Source: an uncultured candidate division Zixibacteria bacterium (GTDB lineage Bacteria; Zixibacteria; MSB-5A5; UBA10806; 4484-95). Taken from it: 64,000 nt of DNA. The stretch is from positions 192,001-256,000 of the forward strand of contig CAXXKA010000010.1 of the NCBI GenBank assembly GCA_963668625.2, written 5' to 3'. Every line of letters begins with the position of its first letter. The first letter of the stretch is position 1. This document shows, in pieces, positions 46,615-55,965 of the stretch. The notes below the pieces were generated by a model. The model was not told the DNA's origin. It made no database searches and saw only the letters and a program-made list of their open reading frames with translations. The position numbers and the translations under genes are program-made.

Positions 46615-49600
46615 TTTTAGTCTCTTAAACTATGACCTATTAGAGAAAATCGGAGAGGGCGGTATTTGTGATGTTTACAAAATTCGCCGATTATCCGATA
46701 ACACTATTTTCGCCTTAAAAAAACTCAAGTCTCCCACGCCTGAAAATATGCACGCCCTGGAAACCGAATATTTATTCTTGGCTTTTCATGGTCACCCGGG
46801 AATACTTGGCGGCTATGAATATATCAAGCGGGGTAACCTGGTAGCCATTGTCATGGATTATCTCCCCGGCGGTACGCTTGAAATCGAATGCGGTAAAATT
46901 CCGCCTGAAAAACTGAAATCGAGAATGATGGAGATACTGGAGATAGCTAATTTCGTCTCGCATTGCGGTTATAATTATAATGACTACAAACCGCAGAACT
47001 TCGTGATAAACTCCAAAGGCAAATTGCAATTAATCGATTTTAACCTTGTCCAGAAAATCGCCGATTCGGCCAATCAAAAATCCGGGACTTTCGGTTATAT
47101 AGCCCCGGAGCTTCTAACCGGCAACCAGGCTTCGACACGGTCGGATATATACTCGCTGGGGGCTACGTTCTACGAACTGGCGAGCGGTAGAATGCCATTC
47201 GAGGCGTCCGATGAGGGAGCTCTGATTAAGCTTATCACCGAGAACAAACCCAAATCGATAAGCACGGGTAATACCCAAATAGATGATATTATTATGAGCA
47301 TGCTTGAGATCGACCCTCAGGATAGGCCGGGTAGCTTTATTCAAATAGCCTGCTCTCTGGGCGAGCAAGATGAGTTTATCGATTTGGTGAAAGCGCATAA
47401 AGGTTCGTATCTCGGCTCGGGACTTTGGCCGTTCGTAAACGATATCACGGCTGGTTTAAATCCCGATAATCCTGGAAACATGATGATAATTACCGGAAGC
47501 GATTACGAAAGCAGATTTTTATTGAAAGACATAATATCTTTAATGAAAGTAAATTACGATAAAGTCATCGACTGCGAACTCGATTGTTTAAAACCGGATC
47601 TTATAGATGAATCGAAAACTACTAATAGTTTATTAGCGGCAAATCTTTCTGATATCCATAAACCGGATATTGCCGGGGTTGTCGATTCTATAATATATAA
47701 CTCCAATCTCAAACTGACGGCACTTTTTACTACATCCTCTCCAGCGTATGGCGAGGGCGGCGACAAACTCTCTACCATATCGCTTAGAGATATCGAAAAC
47801 AGAACTGATATTTATATCGAACATTATCTGGGCAAATACTCCTTATCGGATAAACTATGTAAACAGTTGGATGAGTTAACCGGCGGTGATCCCGAGTTGA
47901 TCGAACCCTATGTCAGGATGTTAATAGACCAGGGTACTCTTACCTATACCGACCAGGGGTGGGAGGATTTCGAGGAGTTGGATACGAATAATGTACCATC
48001 CTCTATAGCCGATATATGCAACGAATGTTTTAATAAAAGCAATTCGAATAAAGCTATCATTCTTAACTTGTTGAGTGTTTTGAATCGGCCCCAGACGCTT
48101 GAGGTACTTGCCGGGATATCGGGGCAGACGAACGAGTCTTTGCAATCTGATCTGCATGAATTGTATCAAACAGGAATTTTAGTCGTTAATGATGATAAAT
48201 ATAACATAAAAGGCGAGGCCAGACGTCTGGCGTTTTACCGCTTATTAAATGACGGAATCCGACGGGAATACCACGAGAAAGCATTTATCTACTTCAGGGA
48301 TATTTCCCCGGATCTCGATCAACAGTCCTATCATTCGTATTATGCCGGGTTCTATACGGAAGCGTTAGAGTTAAATTTCCGAGTAGCCGGTAAATATTTC
48401 GAGGAATTCACTCTGAAGTCGGCCAGGAAATTCATACAATTGGCGGAAGCCGCTTATTGCGAACTCTCGCCCGAGACAGTCGATAATAATCTGGCGGTGA
48501 ACTTTTTTAACCTGGCCGGTGATATCGCTAAAACGCTGGCGGAATATAATAAAGCGATAGTAAAATACGGCCGCGCCGCGATGTTAGCTAAAAACACGAA
48601 CGATGATAAAATTCTGGCTGAGGTGTATAAAAATCTTGGCGATGTTTACCGCATGCAACAAAAGCCTTCTGAGTCCATAAATTATTCTAATCAGGCGCTG
48701 GTAATTTTCAAAAAGTATAACGATTTACCTCTTCAGGCGGCCTGTTTGAATAACCTGGGCCTGGCTCACTGGACCGCCGGAGATCATGACAATGCTCTGG
48801 AGCAATTCGGTCTGGCCTTGAAAGTAAACGAGGAATTGGGAGATTTAACGGAGCAATCCAAAATTCATAACAATATCGCGATTATCTTCGATATCAAAGG
48901 GCAGAAAGAGATGGCTTTGGAAGGATTCCGGAAAGCTCTGGATTGCGCGGTCTCGATAAAAAACCTTCAGCTCGAGACTAAGTTTCTCGACAATATCGGC
49001 TATTTCTTTTTGAACTCCGGTCAACCACAGGAATCACTGGAGTATTTTCATAAAAGCTATAAACTTGCTATGAAGATAGGCTTTGATGATGAGCAGTTAA
49101 ACATCGTTTCGAATATCGCTCAAGCATATTATAAGATGGGTGATTTTATTCAATCGGCCGAGGCAAATCAGAAAGCGCTTGCAATAGCCGAATCGCTGAA
49201 CCATCAAAAATTTCGTATGCAAGCCAGTTACCTGATCGCTCGTGATTGCCTGGCCCTGGGTAATTACAGGCTGTATTCAGAGATGATCGAAACTGCCGAG
49301 ACAATCGGCGCCGATCTATCCAATCCTGAAATGATAAATGATACCCGTCTGCTGAAATTAGCATATTTTTTCGATACCGGACAGATAAAGTCCGCCGAGA
49401 AGTTACTCGATTACTTAGGCCGGGATTCTGCATTGACTTACAGCCAGAAAGCGCATCTGGATTATTTCCGTCTGAAAAAGGCGGCATTATCGGCCGCAGG
49501 TATCGATGAGTTAAAGCAGTTATCTGAAAAGATTATAGCGGTAAATCTACCTGAATTTTCAGGGCAGGCGATTTTAGAATATGCCTCAGCCTTGATATCC

Positions 49601-50020
49601 GACGGTAATTCAGCGGAGGCTTATTCGGCTTTGAATGATTACAGCGTATTAAATATTGAGGACACCCTGATCGAATTTCAATTCAGGCTGATATATGCCA
49701 AACTACTGACCGCTCAAAATCAATTCGATCAAGCTATCGAACAGCTTTCAACCCTCGAAACCGAATCTCACGAGAAAGGTTGTATCCCAATGTTATTCAG
49801 GGCATTGGTGAATCATGCCAGCCTTTTCGATAAATGTCGAAAAGAATCCATTATGCCGTCCATGCTGGCTCAAACAGGGCAGGTATACTCGAGTCTGGTA
49901 GAGTCTTTTCCCGAAAATATTAAAGATTTTGGATTTAATCATATCGAGGAATTTAAGACATTCAGGTTTTTAGCCGATAAGTATGGTTCGGGGATAGAGC
50001 TAAAACAAGAGTCGCTCTAA
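46607..50020 (+). CDS. Ser/Thr protein kinase - degenerate NTPase - TPR protein
   Basis: IGEGG, ALKK, YNDYKPQN, DFN, GTFGYIAPE and DIYSLG; TPR array (NLG..Y/NNLG..H). ATG 46607 overlaps the TGA of the upstream histidine kinase gene. Confidence 0.88.
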   Translation: MADFSLLNYDLLEKIGEGGICDVYKIRRLSDNTIFALKKLKSPTPENMHALETEYLFLAFHGHPGILGGYEYIKRGNLVAIVMDYLPGGTLEIECGKIPPEKLKSRMMEILEIANFVSHCGYNYNDYKPQNFVINSKGKLQLIDFNLVQKIADSANQKSGTFGYIAPELLTGNQASTRSDIYSLGATFYELASGRMPFEASDEGALIKLITENKPKSISTGNTQIDDIIMSMLEIDPQDRPGSFIQIACSLGEQDEFIDLVKAHKGSYLGSGLWPFVNDITAGLNPDNPGNMMIITGSDYESRFLLKDIISLMKVNYDKVIDCELDCLKPDLIDESKTTNSLLAANLSDIHKPDIAGVVDSIIYNSNLKLTALFTTSSPAYGEGGDKLSTISLRDIENRTDIYIEHYLGKYSLSDKLCKQLDELTGGDPELIEPYVRMLIDQGTLTYTDQGWEDFEELDTNNVPSSIADICNECFNKSNSNKAIILNLLSVLNRPQTLEVLAGISGQTNESLQSDLHELYQTGILVVNDDKYNIKGEARRLAFYRLLNDGIRREYHEKAFIYFRDISPDLDQQSYHSYYAGFYTEALELNFRVAGKYFEEFTLKSARKFIQLAEAAYCELSPETVDNNLAVNFFNLAGDIAKTLAEYNKAIVKYGRAAMLAKNTNDDKILAEVYKNLGDVYRMQQKPSESINYSNQALVIFKKYNDLPLQAACLNNLGLAHWTAGDHDNALEQFGLALKVNEELGDLTEQSKIHNNIAIIFDIKGQKEMALEGFRKALDCAVSIKNLQLETKFLDNIGYFFLNSGQPQESLEYFHKSYKLAMKIGFDDEQLNIVSNIAQAYYKMGDFIQSAEANQKALAIAESLNHQKFRMQASYLIARDCLALGNYRLYSEMIETAETIGADLSNPEMINDTRLLKLAYFFDTGQIKSAEKLLDYLGRDSALTYSQKAHLDYFRLKKAALSAAGIDELKQLSEKIIAVNLPEFSGQAILEYASALISDGNSAEAYSALNDYSVLNIEDTLIEFQFRLIYAKLLTAQNQFDQAIEQLSTLETESHEKGCIPMLFRALVNHASLFDKCRKESIMPSMLAQTGQVYSSLVESFPENIKDFGFNHIEEFKTFRFLADKYGSGIELKQESL

Positions 50021-50026
50021 AAACGA

Positions 50027-50056
50027 GAAAACCGCCTAGGAGGCTAGGCGGTTTTC
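50027..50056. terminator. bidirectional terminator
   Basis: GAAAACCGCCTAG-GAGG-CTAGGCGGTTTTC. Confidence 0.85.
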
Positions 50057-50079
50057 AAAGCACACGAGTTTAGCTCGGA

Positions 50080-50157
50080 TCAGGAGCCAGCACCGGAATA
50101 ACCGGCTGGAGCGACTCTTTCTTCCAGCTCTTCAACTACTAAGACGACCTCTTCCAT
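50080..50157 (-). CDS. 25-aa peptide MEEVVLVVEELEERVAPAGYSGAGS (putative RiPP precursor or signal peptide)
   Basis: Perfect SD AGGAGGTGAT 3 nt before the ATG, own terminator 24 nt downstream, and an ELEERVAP leader-like motif. Not in the ORF track. Confidence 0.8.
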   Translation of the reverse strand: MEEVVLVVEELEERVAPAGYSGAGS

Positions 50158-50280
50158 TTAATCACCTCCTCAGGGGTTAGAGGTTACTTTTTAATATCAT
50201 AAGAAATATTTTAATTATATATATACCCATAACGCCACTAAGTTAAAATAACCATCTTACTCTGGATGTCAAGCGAAAAA

Positions 50281-50318
50281 TGTATCGTTTTGCAACATAT
50301 AGGTAACGGATTACAACA
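50281..50318. promoter_or_regulatory. tandem TGT-N11-ACA-like operator boxes
   Basis: TGTATCGTTTTGCAACA and GGTAACGGATTACAACA, 21 bp apart, between the peptide gene and the cohesin cluster. Confidence 0.45.
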
Positions 50319-50392
50319 TAATAGTATAAAAATGTTCCAATTGTTATATTGGAGGTAACTTTCGATTAAATTATGCTTGACGCATTTTTTTC

Positions 50393-50420
50393 TTGACATC
50401 GGTGTTTACGGTTGTATATT
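50393..50420 (+). promoter_or_regulatory. sigma70-type promoter for the cohesin cluster
   Basis: TTGACA-N16-TATATT. Confidence 0.45.
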
Positions 50421-50787
50421 GTCTCAGTGTGGAGATTATCCACTTCTGGCTTCAAGCAGTAACGCTTCGGAGAATGATGACTTAAACAAAAGTTCCACAA
50501 ATCAGGCACCAGGCGGTCTTCAATGACTTACTAAGTTTTTGCTGTAGCTTAAAAATTGACAAAAAATTAAGAATAATAAATCGGCTGTTGGAAATCGGGA
50601 ACAGCTTCTCTGGGGAGAGTCTGAAATATGCGTATGACTGCTAATTATAATAGAAAATTTACATTCTGCTTATTAGATCATTACACGGCGAATTTAAACT
50701 CCGTGGTATACCTCAGGAGCTGTATGAAATAAGAGCTAAGGGTTGTTAGAATAATAATTGGTGGTCCCTAAAGTAAAGAGAGGCAGT

Positions 50788-51543
50788 ATGTTAAGAGAAA
50801 TCGGAAAATTCGTAGTAATCATCGCTTTTTTCGCGACCTTAGCTTTACCGGTTGACGCGCAGAGCCAGAGTTGTTATGCAGGCCTTAGTATTGATTATTT
50901 GAATTATGTAGATAGGGATGGCACTCAGTATGTATCATTACCTGTTTATATCGGCTTCGATTGCCCCATCGGCGGATTTTTAATTGATATAAAAACAGAA
51001 CCATATGGCGCCCTGGAACCTGTTGATGTTAATACAGAGGGCGGGCTGGTTGATTATTGGGAGGTGATTGAGCCCTCTCGTCTCCGTCAAAAAGAAAAAT
51101 TGCGTATTCTCGGTATAGCTAACTATCCCGATGGTGAATATACTCCGCCATTGGAACCCCAGACGGGCCTCTTATTTAATGTGCTATTTCGTTTCGGATG
51201 TGATTATGATGAAAATGTCCAGGTGACTGTGTTATTGGATTCGGTTTTTATCTCCGACAGCACCGGGTATGAATTATTTGATGATGTAAATGTTTCGCAT
51301 AGTTGGGTGTATGTTGGCGAGGAGATAACCGATATTGACCGCGGAGATATGAACTGCGATGGTATGATAATCGGTGCTGATGTCTCGTTCCTGGTTAACT
51401 ATTTCAGGGGAGTGGTTCTTGATTGCCCCTGTAGTTTGTGTGCCGGTGATATCAATAATGACGGCCGGATAATAGGTAGTGATGTAACTTACCTGGTTAA
51501 TTATTTCATAGGCCGTAATCCGCCGCCGGATCCATGTGATTAA
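50788..51543 (+). CDS. secreted cohesin + dockerin protein
   Basis: Signal peptide; cohesin-like IGGFLIDI...ISDSTG; dockerin RGDMNCDG...AGDINNDG...DVTYLVNYF. Confidence 0.85.
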   Translation: MLREIGKFVVIIAFFATLALPVDAQSQSCYAGLSIDYLNYVDRDGTQYVSLPVYIGFDCPIGGFLIDIKTEPYGALEPVDVNTEGGLVDYWEVIEPSRLRQKEKLRILGIANYPDGEYTPPLEPQTGLLFNVLFRFGCDYDENVQVTVLLDSVFISDSTGYELFDDVNVSHSWVYVGEEITDIDRGDMNCDGMIIGADVSFLVNYFRGVVLDCPCSLCAGDINNDGRIIGSDVTYLVNYFIGRNPPPDPCD

Positions 51544-51713
51544 TATTATTTATATATAAATTACCTGATTTCCTTGAAGGAGGTGATGAGACAGAGGAAC
51601 AACCAAGTTACTATTATTAAAAGAGGGGAAAGAGGAAAGGGATTTCCTCGACAGAAATTAGTTAGTGTGTTAAGTTTTAACACCTGTTATGTTCACAATT
51701 GAAGGAGATAAAC

Positions 51714-54029
51714 ATGAAGAAGATTTTAGTTCTTTCTTTTATTCTTCTCTTCGCCACAGCGGCTATGGCCCAGGACGTATACTTCTACTATGGTTGGCCT
51801 GGTTCGGGTACCGGTGATGCTGGCGATCCTATTCCGATTGGCTACAATAAAGATGTAGATATTGAAGTTTATTTCATGGGTACTACTGGTGTTGGCGGTG
51901 GTTCGTACAATGCCCCGTTAGCCATTAACAATGCTTATGCTGACTATATTGATACCCTCCAGTGCTACTTTGATGCTGCTGGTACGGTAATCAATTGGGA
52001 TAGCAAAAACTTCGGTAACTACGAAGAAGACAAAGACCTGATTGCTATTGCTTATGGCACCGACGGTGTCAGCACCTGGGATTCCTGGGGTAACAATGGT
52101 ATTATCGAGCTCTTCCCCCCATATGATTCACCTCCGTTCGTATCGATGGTTCCGGAAGTCAACCTTCACTACATGATTCATACCAATGATGATCCTGCCC
52201 TTATCGGCGAGAGCACTTGTGCTCTGGTTAATGGTGGTTGGGACCCCTTCCAGGAGTGGCCGTTAATGTCCGATACTTCTGGTACTATCACATATAATGC
52301 TATCTGGGAAGGCGCTTGCTATTTCTTCTCACCCAACCAGCCGGTTGAGTTTGTTGAAGGCGACGCCGTACCTGGTTGCACTTATGTTGATTTCTCGATG
52401 ACCGCGACTTTCTGGGATCCCGATGGTGATGTTCCGGATATTACCGTGAACGTTCCGCTGGCTACCTATACAGTCGAGGAAGTTGCCGATCCGGCTAACG
52501 AAGACGCTGCTTTCTTTATTGTTACAGTCGATTTCGACATGGAAAACTTCTGCGGTACTTGCTTCAATGACGATGTCATTATTACCGCTGTCGATCCTAA
52601 CAATGCTGAAGAGCCGTCTGAATTCAACGCTGGTAACTTGACCATCGTTGGTCAGATGACCGCTTCCATGGATCCTGCCCTGTACATCTGGCCGGGTCTC
52701 GAAGATTGGATGCCGATCTACTTAGATACCTGTGGTGATTGCTTCTGCCTCGGCGGTTTCGTATTCTCCATAGAGTGGGATTCCTCCATCCTCACCGTCA
52801 CCGACGTTGAGCGTGGCGCTATCCTCATGGGTGGTGAGTACTGGAATGTCAATATGGGTGTTGATGGCGCCGGTACCCTCCGCGTCACCTTCATCAACGA
52901 TCTTGACAACCAGACCGAAGTCGAGCCGATCTGCGGTATCGACGCTGGTGAGCCTCTGTTCAGAGTTAAATTCCTGCTCAGTGCCGCTTTCCAGTATCCT
53001 GTAAACCATTGCGTTCCGATTTGCTTCATGTATGACCTCGAAGGCGAAGATCACTACGATTACAACAACGTAGCCGACGCCGAAGGTTATCACGTTTGGT
53101 TCAACGATGGCTGCGACGATGCCCCGGATTCCTCACAGTATGGAACTCTGGATCTGGATCTCGTCTGTGGTAACATCAAGGTCTTAGACGAGCACAATAT
53201 TGTTCTCGGCGACATGAACTTGAACGGTTACGAGTTTGAAGCTGGTGACGTCGTTGTCCTGGCCAACTATCTGATCGATCCTATCAACAACCCGCTGAAC
53301 CTCCGTCAGATGTATGCTTCAGACGTTAATGATGACGATATTCAGGGCAGCATTGCTGACCTTATTTACATGATCAATACTGTCAACGGTTACGACGGCT
53401 TTGGCAAGCTTGCTCCGCTTGATGTCATTGCTACCGTTTCCATGCCGGCTGTCACTGCTGGTAACGTTGATGTTTCCATCAACTCCGAGGCTGCCGTTGG
53501 TGGCGCTCGCGTTGAGATCGCCCATGCTGGTGTTGAGCTTGGTGTCCCGACCGTCGATGGTATGGATATTGAGTACAACGATAACGGTGAAGTCATGACT
53601 GTCATCGTTTACAACATGGATTCCCAGGCATTTGCCGCTGGTACCAACACCCTCTTTACCATTCCGGTTATGGGTGAAGGCGCCGTTTCCATCAATGACG
53701 TTCAGGTTGCCGATAGCCGTGGTGCTCTGTTAGACGCCCGTTCCGAAGTCGCTGCCGCGATACCGGAATTCTTCGCTGTCAACCAGAACTTCCCGAATCC
53801 GTTCAACGCCAAGACCAGTATCGCTTTCGGTCTGCCGACTTCCGCTGATGTTACTATTAACATCTTCAACGTCGCCGGCCAGCTGGTCGAGTCAATGGAA
53901 CTGGGTAATGTCAATGCTGGTAACCACAGTGTGGTATGGGATGCCAGTGATGTCGCTAGCGGTGTCTACTTCTATAAAGTATCCGCCGGTGACTTCACCG
54001 AGACTCTGAAGATGACCCTGCTGAAGTAA
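51714..54029 (+). CDS. major secreted cohesin/dockerin surface protein with C-terminal sorting domain
   Basis: AAGGAG SD; signal peptide; cohesin LGGFVFSIEWD; dockerin GDMNLNG...SDVNDD; NFPNPFN...KMTLLK; visibly biased codon usage. Confidence 0.88.
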   Translation: MKKILVLSFILLFATAAMAQDVYFYYGWPGSGTGDAGDPIPIGYNKDVDIEVYFMGTTGVGGGSYNAPLAINNAYADYIDTLQCYFDAAGTVINWDSKNFGNYEEDKDLIAIAYGTDGVSTWDSWGNNGIIELFPPYDSPPFVSMVPEVNLHYMIHTNDDPALIGESTCALVNGGWDPFQEWPLMSDTSGTITYNAIWEGACYFFSPNQPVEFVEGDAVPGCTYVDFSMTATFWDPDGDVPDITVNVPLATYTVEEVADPANEDAAFFIVTVDFDMENFCGTCFNDDVIITAVDPNNAEEPSEFNAGNLTIVGQMTASMDPALYIWPGLEDWMPIYLDTCGDCFCLGGFVFSIEWDSSILTVTDVERGAILMGGEYWNVNMGVDGAGTLRVTFINDLDNQTEVEPICGIDAGEPLFRVKFLLSAAFQYPVNHCVPICFMYDLEGEDHYDYNNVADAEGYHVWFNDGCDDAPDSSQYGTLDLDLVCGNIKVLDEHNIVLGDMNLNGYEFEAGDVVVLANYLIDPINNPLNLRQMYASDVNDDDIQGSIADLIYMINTVNGYDGFGKLAPLDVIATVSMPAVTAGNVDVSINSEAAVGGARVEIAHAGVELGVPTVDGMDIEYNDNGEVMTVIVYNMDSQAFAAGTNTLFTIPVMGEGAVSINDVQVADSRGALLDARSEVAAAIPEFFAVNQNFPNPFNAKTSIAFGLPTSADVTINIFNVAGQLVESMELGNVNAGNHSVVWDASDVASGVYFYKVSAGDFTETLKMTLLK

Positions 54030-54060
54030 TTTAACTTTAGCGGCGATTTTTCATAGATCT

Positions 54061-54094
54061 ACAGGTGGGAGAGGCTTAGGTCTCTCCTGCCTTT
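54061..54094 (+). terminator. Rho-independent terminator
   Basis: AGGTGGGAGAG..../CTCTCCTGCCTTT hairpin after 54029. Confidence 0.6.
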
Positions 54095-54230
54095 AATTGT
54101 TAAAGGTATCGTTGCAGGTAAGTTGCAATTATTTGCGTTTTATGAGGAAACACTTTTTGAAACATCAAGTTAATCAGAATATTAGCCCTTGTATTATAAT
54201 AACTTGTAATGCAATAGGTTAACTGAAAGG

Positions 54231-54246
54231 CGGCACGGTATTTGCA
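54231..54246 (+). promoter_or_regulatory. sigma54 (-24/-12) promoter
   Basis: CGGCACGGTATTTGCA (GG-N10-GC), 44 nt upstream of ATG 54290. Confidence 0.7.
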
Positions 54247-54289
54247 TATTTGATATTGAATAAATTAAAAAGTGTTTTTCGGGGGAAAA

Positions 54290-55111
54290 ATGAAAAAAAT
54301 AGCCGTACTTTTGTTAGCCGCCGTTCTTTCCTTTAATGTTATTTTACTCGCCCAAGATGATAGTTTATATTTAACATCAGTTACCGTTGAGGCTGGTGAC
54401 ACCGCTGTGGTTGGTTTGTATTTACAGAACCAATCTTTTAGTGTTGGCGCTTTTCACACGGAAATGACGTTATCCGATACATCCCTGGCTAAGTTTGTAT
54501 CGGCGACTAGAGGCGATGATGTTCAGGATTTCAGTTATTTTAATGGTGTGGTATTTTCGCCGGCGAAAATATCATTGACTGGTATTGCCAGTATGCCGCT
54601 GGCGCCATCCGAGCCTTTGCCCGTTGGTTATCATCACTTAGCCACCTTTAGAATAGCGATTTCAGACAGTGTACATTCACGCTCGGAGGTTTCCGTATCG
54701 TTTTTCAACGATGAAGAGTTTACGAACGTGATAAGCGATACCACCGGGTATGATGTGGTTGAACCGGTCCTGGTAAACGGTTCTATTACGATACTTCAAT
54801 TTCTCTCAGTTGATGACAACATTATCATTCCCAATGAATTTTCTCTTAAAGGGAATTATCCAAATCCCTTTAATGCAAATACTATAATAGAGTTTTCTTT
54901 GAACAAGCCCGGGCATGTTACCCTGAATATTTATGATATCAGGGGTAGAAAGGTACGCGGACTTGTTTCAGGTTATTATAATTCAGGCAATCATTCGGTA
55001 AGTTGGGACGGATGTACATCAAGCGGTACGGTCCTGGCTTCCGGTATTTATCTATATCGTTTATCTACTGGCGGTTACAGCCAGACTGGGAGAATGAATT
55101 TTATCAAGTAA
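54290..55111 (+). CDS. single cohesin + FlgD-like sorting domain protein
   Basis: Signal peptide; cohesin (AGDTAVV.LYL.N...ISDTTG); NYPNPFN...WDG...ASGIY. Confidence 0.8.
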   Translation: MKKIAVLLLAAVLSFNVILLAQDDSLYLTSVTVEAGDTAVVGLYLQNQSFSVGAFHTEMTLSDTSLAKFVSATRGDDVQDFSYFNGVVFSPAKISLTGIASMPLAPSEPLPVGYHHLATFRIAISDSVHSRSEVSVSFFNDEEFTNVISDTTGYDVVEPVLVNGSITILQFLSVDDNIIIPNEFSLKGNYPNPFNANTIIEFSLNKPGHVTLNIYDIRGRKVRGLVSGYYNSGNHSVSWDGCTSSGTVLASGIYLYRLSTGGYSQTGRMNFIK

Positions 55112-55124
55112 AACGGTAAAAAAA

Positions 55125-55955
55125 ATGTATTATAGACTTGTGTTTTTTACACTTATTATTATATTGATTTCAGCATTAAATAGTAATGCGCAGATACCTT
55201 CTGAAATCGATTCAGTAAAAATTGAGAGTAGTACTTCAAGACCAGGAGAAGTTGTAACAACATCAATCCATTTGGTTAATACATTTCCGGTAGGAGGAAT
55301 TTCTACAAGGTTGGAATATAATCAAGATGTTTGTAGTATTCAGTCAGTTAGTCTTTCTAGTCGTGTATCATTTATGAATATCTTCGCAGTCGATACATCC
55401 AATACAGGAGTTTTAATGCTTAGCGCGGCTTCACTGTTTCCGCGGACCAGTTATATCGCGCCCGGCTCGGGTGAGGTGTTTGATATCGAGTTCGTGATAA
55501 ACGGTAGCGCACAACCGGGATCCTATGATTGGGATTTACGGAATTCGAGCGCGTATAATTATGAGAATCATCTTTCCGATACTACCGGGCTTTACATGTA
55601 TTTGCCGGTTCTCGCTGATGGTGAACTGGAGATAGAGCCACCGGTATTTTTAGATTATACCGATAATAAGCCTGAAAATATTAATATTCTTACCAACTAT
55701 CCTAATCCGTTTAACAATCACACCGTAATATCGTTTAGCCTGGTTGATGCCGGGCAGGCGAGGTTGGTTGTTTACGATCTTTTGGGCCGAGAAGTAACAT
55801 CTATGGTACTGGGGTATAAGTCTCCCGGTAGCTATGCCATAAGATGGGATGGACGCGATAATTCTAATAAGGAGGTATCCACCGGCGTCTACAGCTATGC
55901 TTTGTATTGTAATAATTATGTAGTGTTAACAAGTAAAATGATTTTATTAAGATAA
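55125..55955 (+). CDS. single cohesin + FlgD-like sorting domain protein
   Basis: Signal peptide; PGEVV...VGGI..RLEY...LSDTTG; NYPNPFN...WDGRD. Confidence 0.8.
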   Translation: MYYRLVFFTLIIILISALNSNAQIPSEIDSVKIESSTSRPGEVVTTSIHLVNTFPVGGISTRLEYNQDVCSIQSVSLSSRVSFMNIFAVDTSNTGVLMLSAASLFPRTSYIAPGSGEVFDIEFVINGSAQPGSYDWDLRNSSAYNYENHLSDTTGLYMYLPVLADGELEIEPPVFLDYTDNKPENINILTNYPNPFNNHTVISFSLVDAGQARLVVYDLLGREVTSMVLGYKSPGSYAIRWDGRDNSNKEVSTGVYSYALYCNNYVVLTSKMILLR

Positions 55956-55965
55956 ATGGGGCTTT

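Noticed and set aside
50045-50082. Selenocysteine readthrough of the peptide's TGA (a small CGAG/CTCG hairpin follows)
   Set aside because: The hairpin is very short and too close to the UGA, and it lacks a convincing bacterial SECIS apical loop. The extension runs into the terminator.
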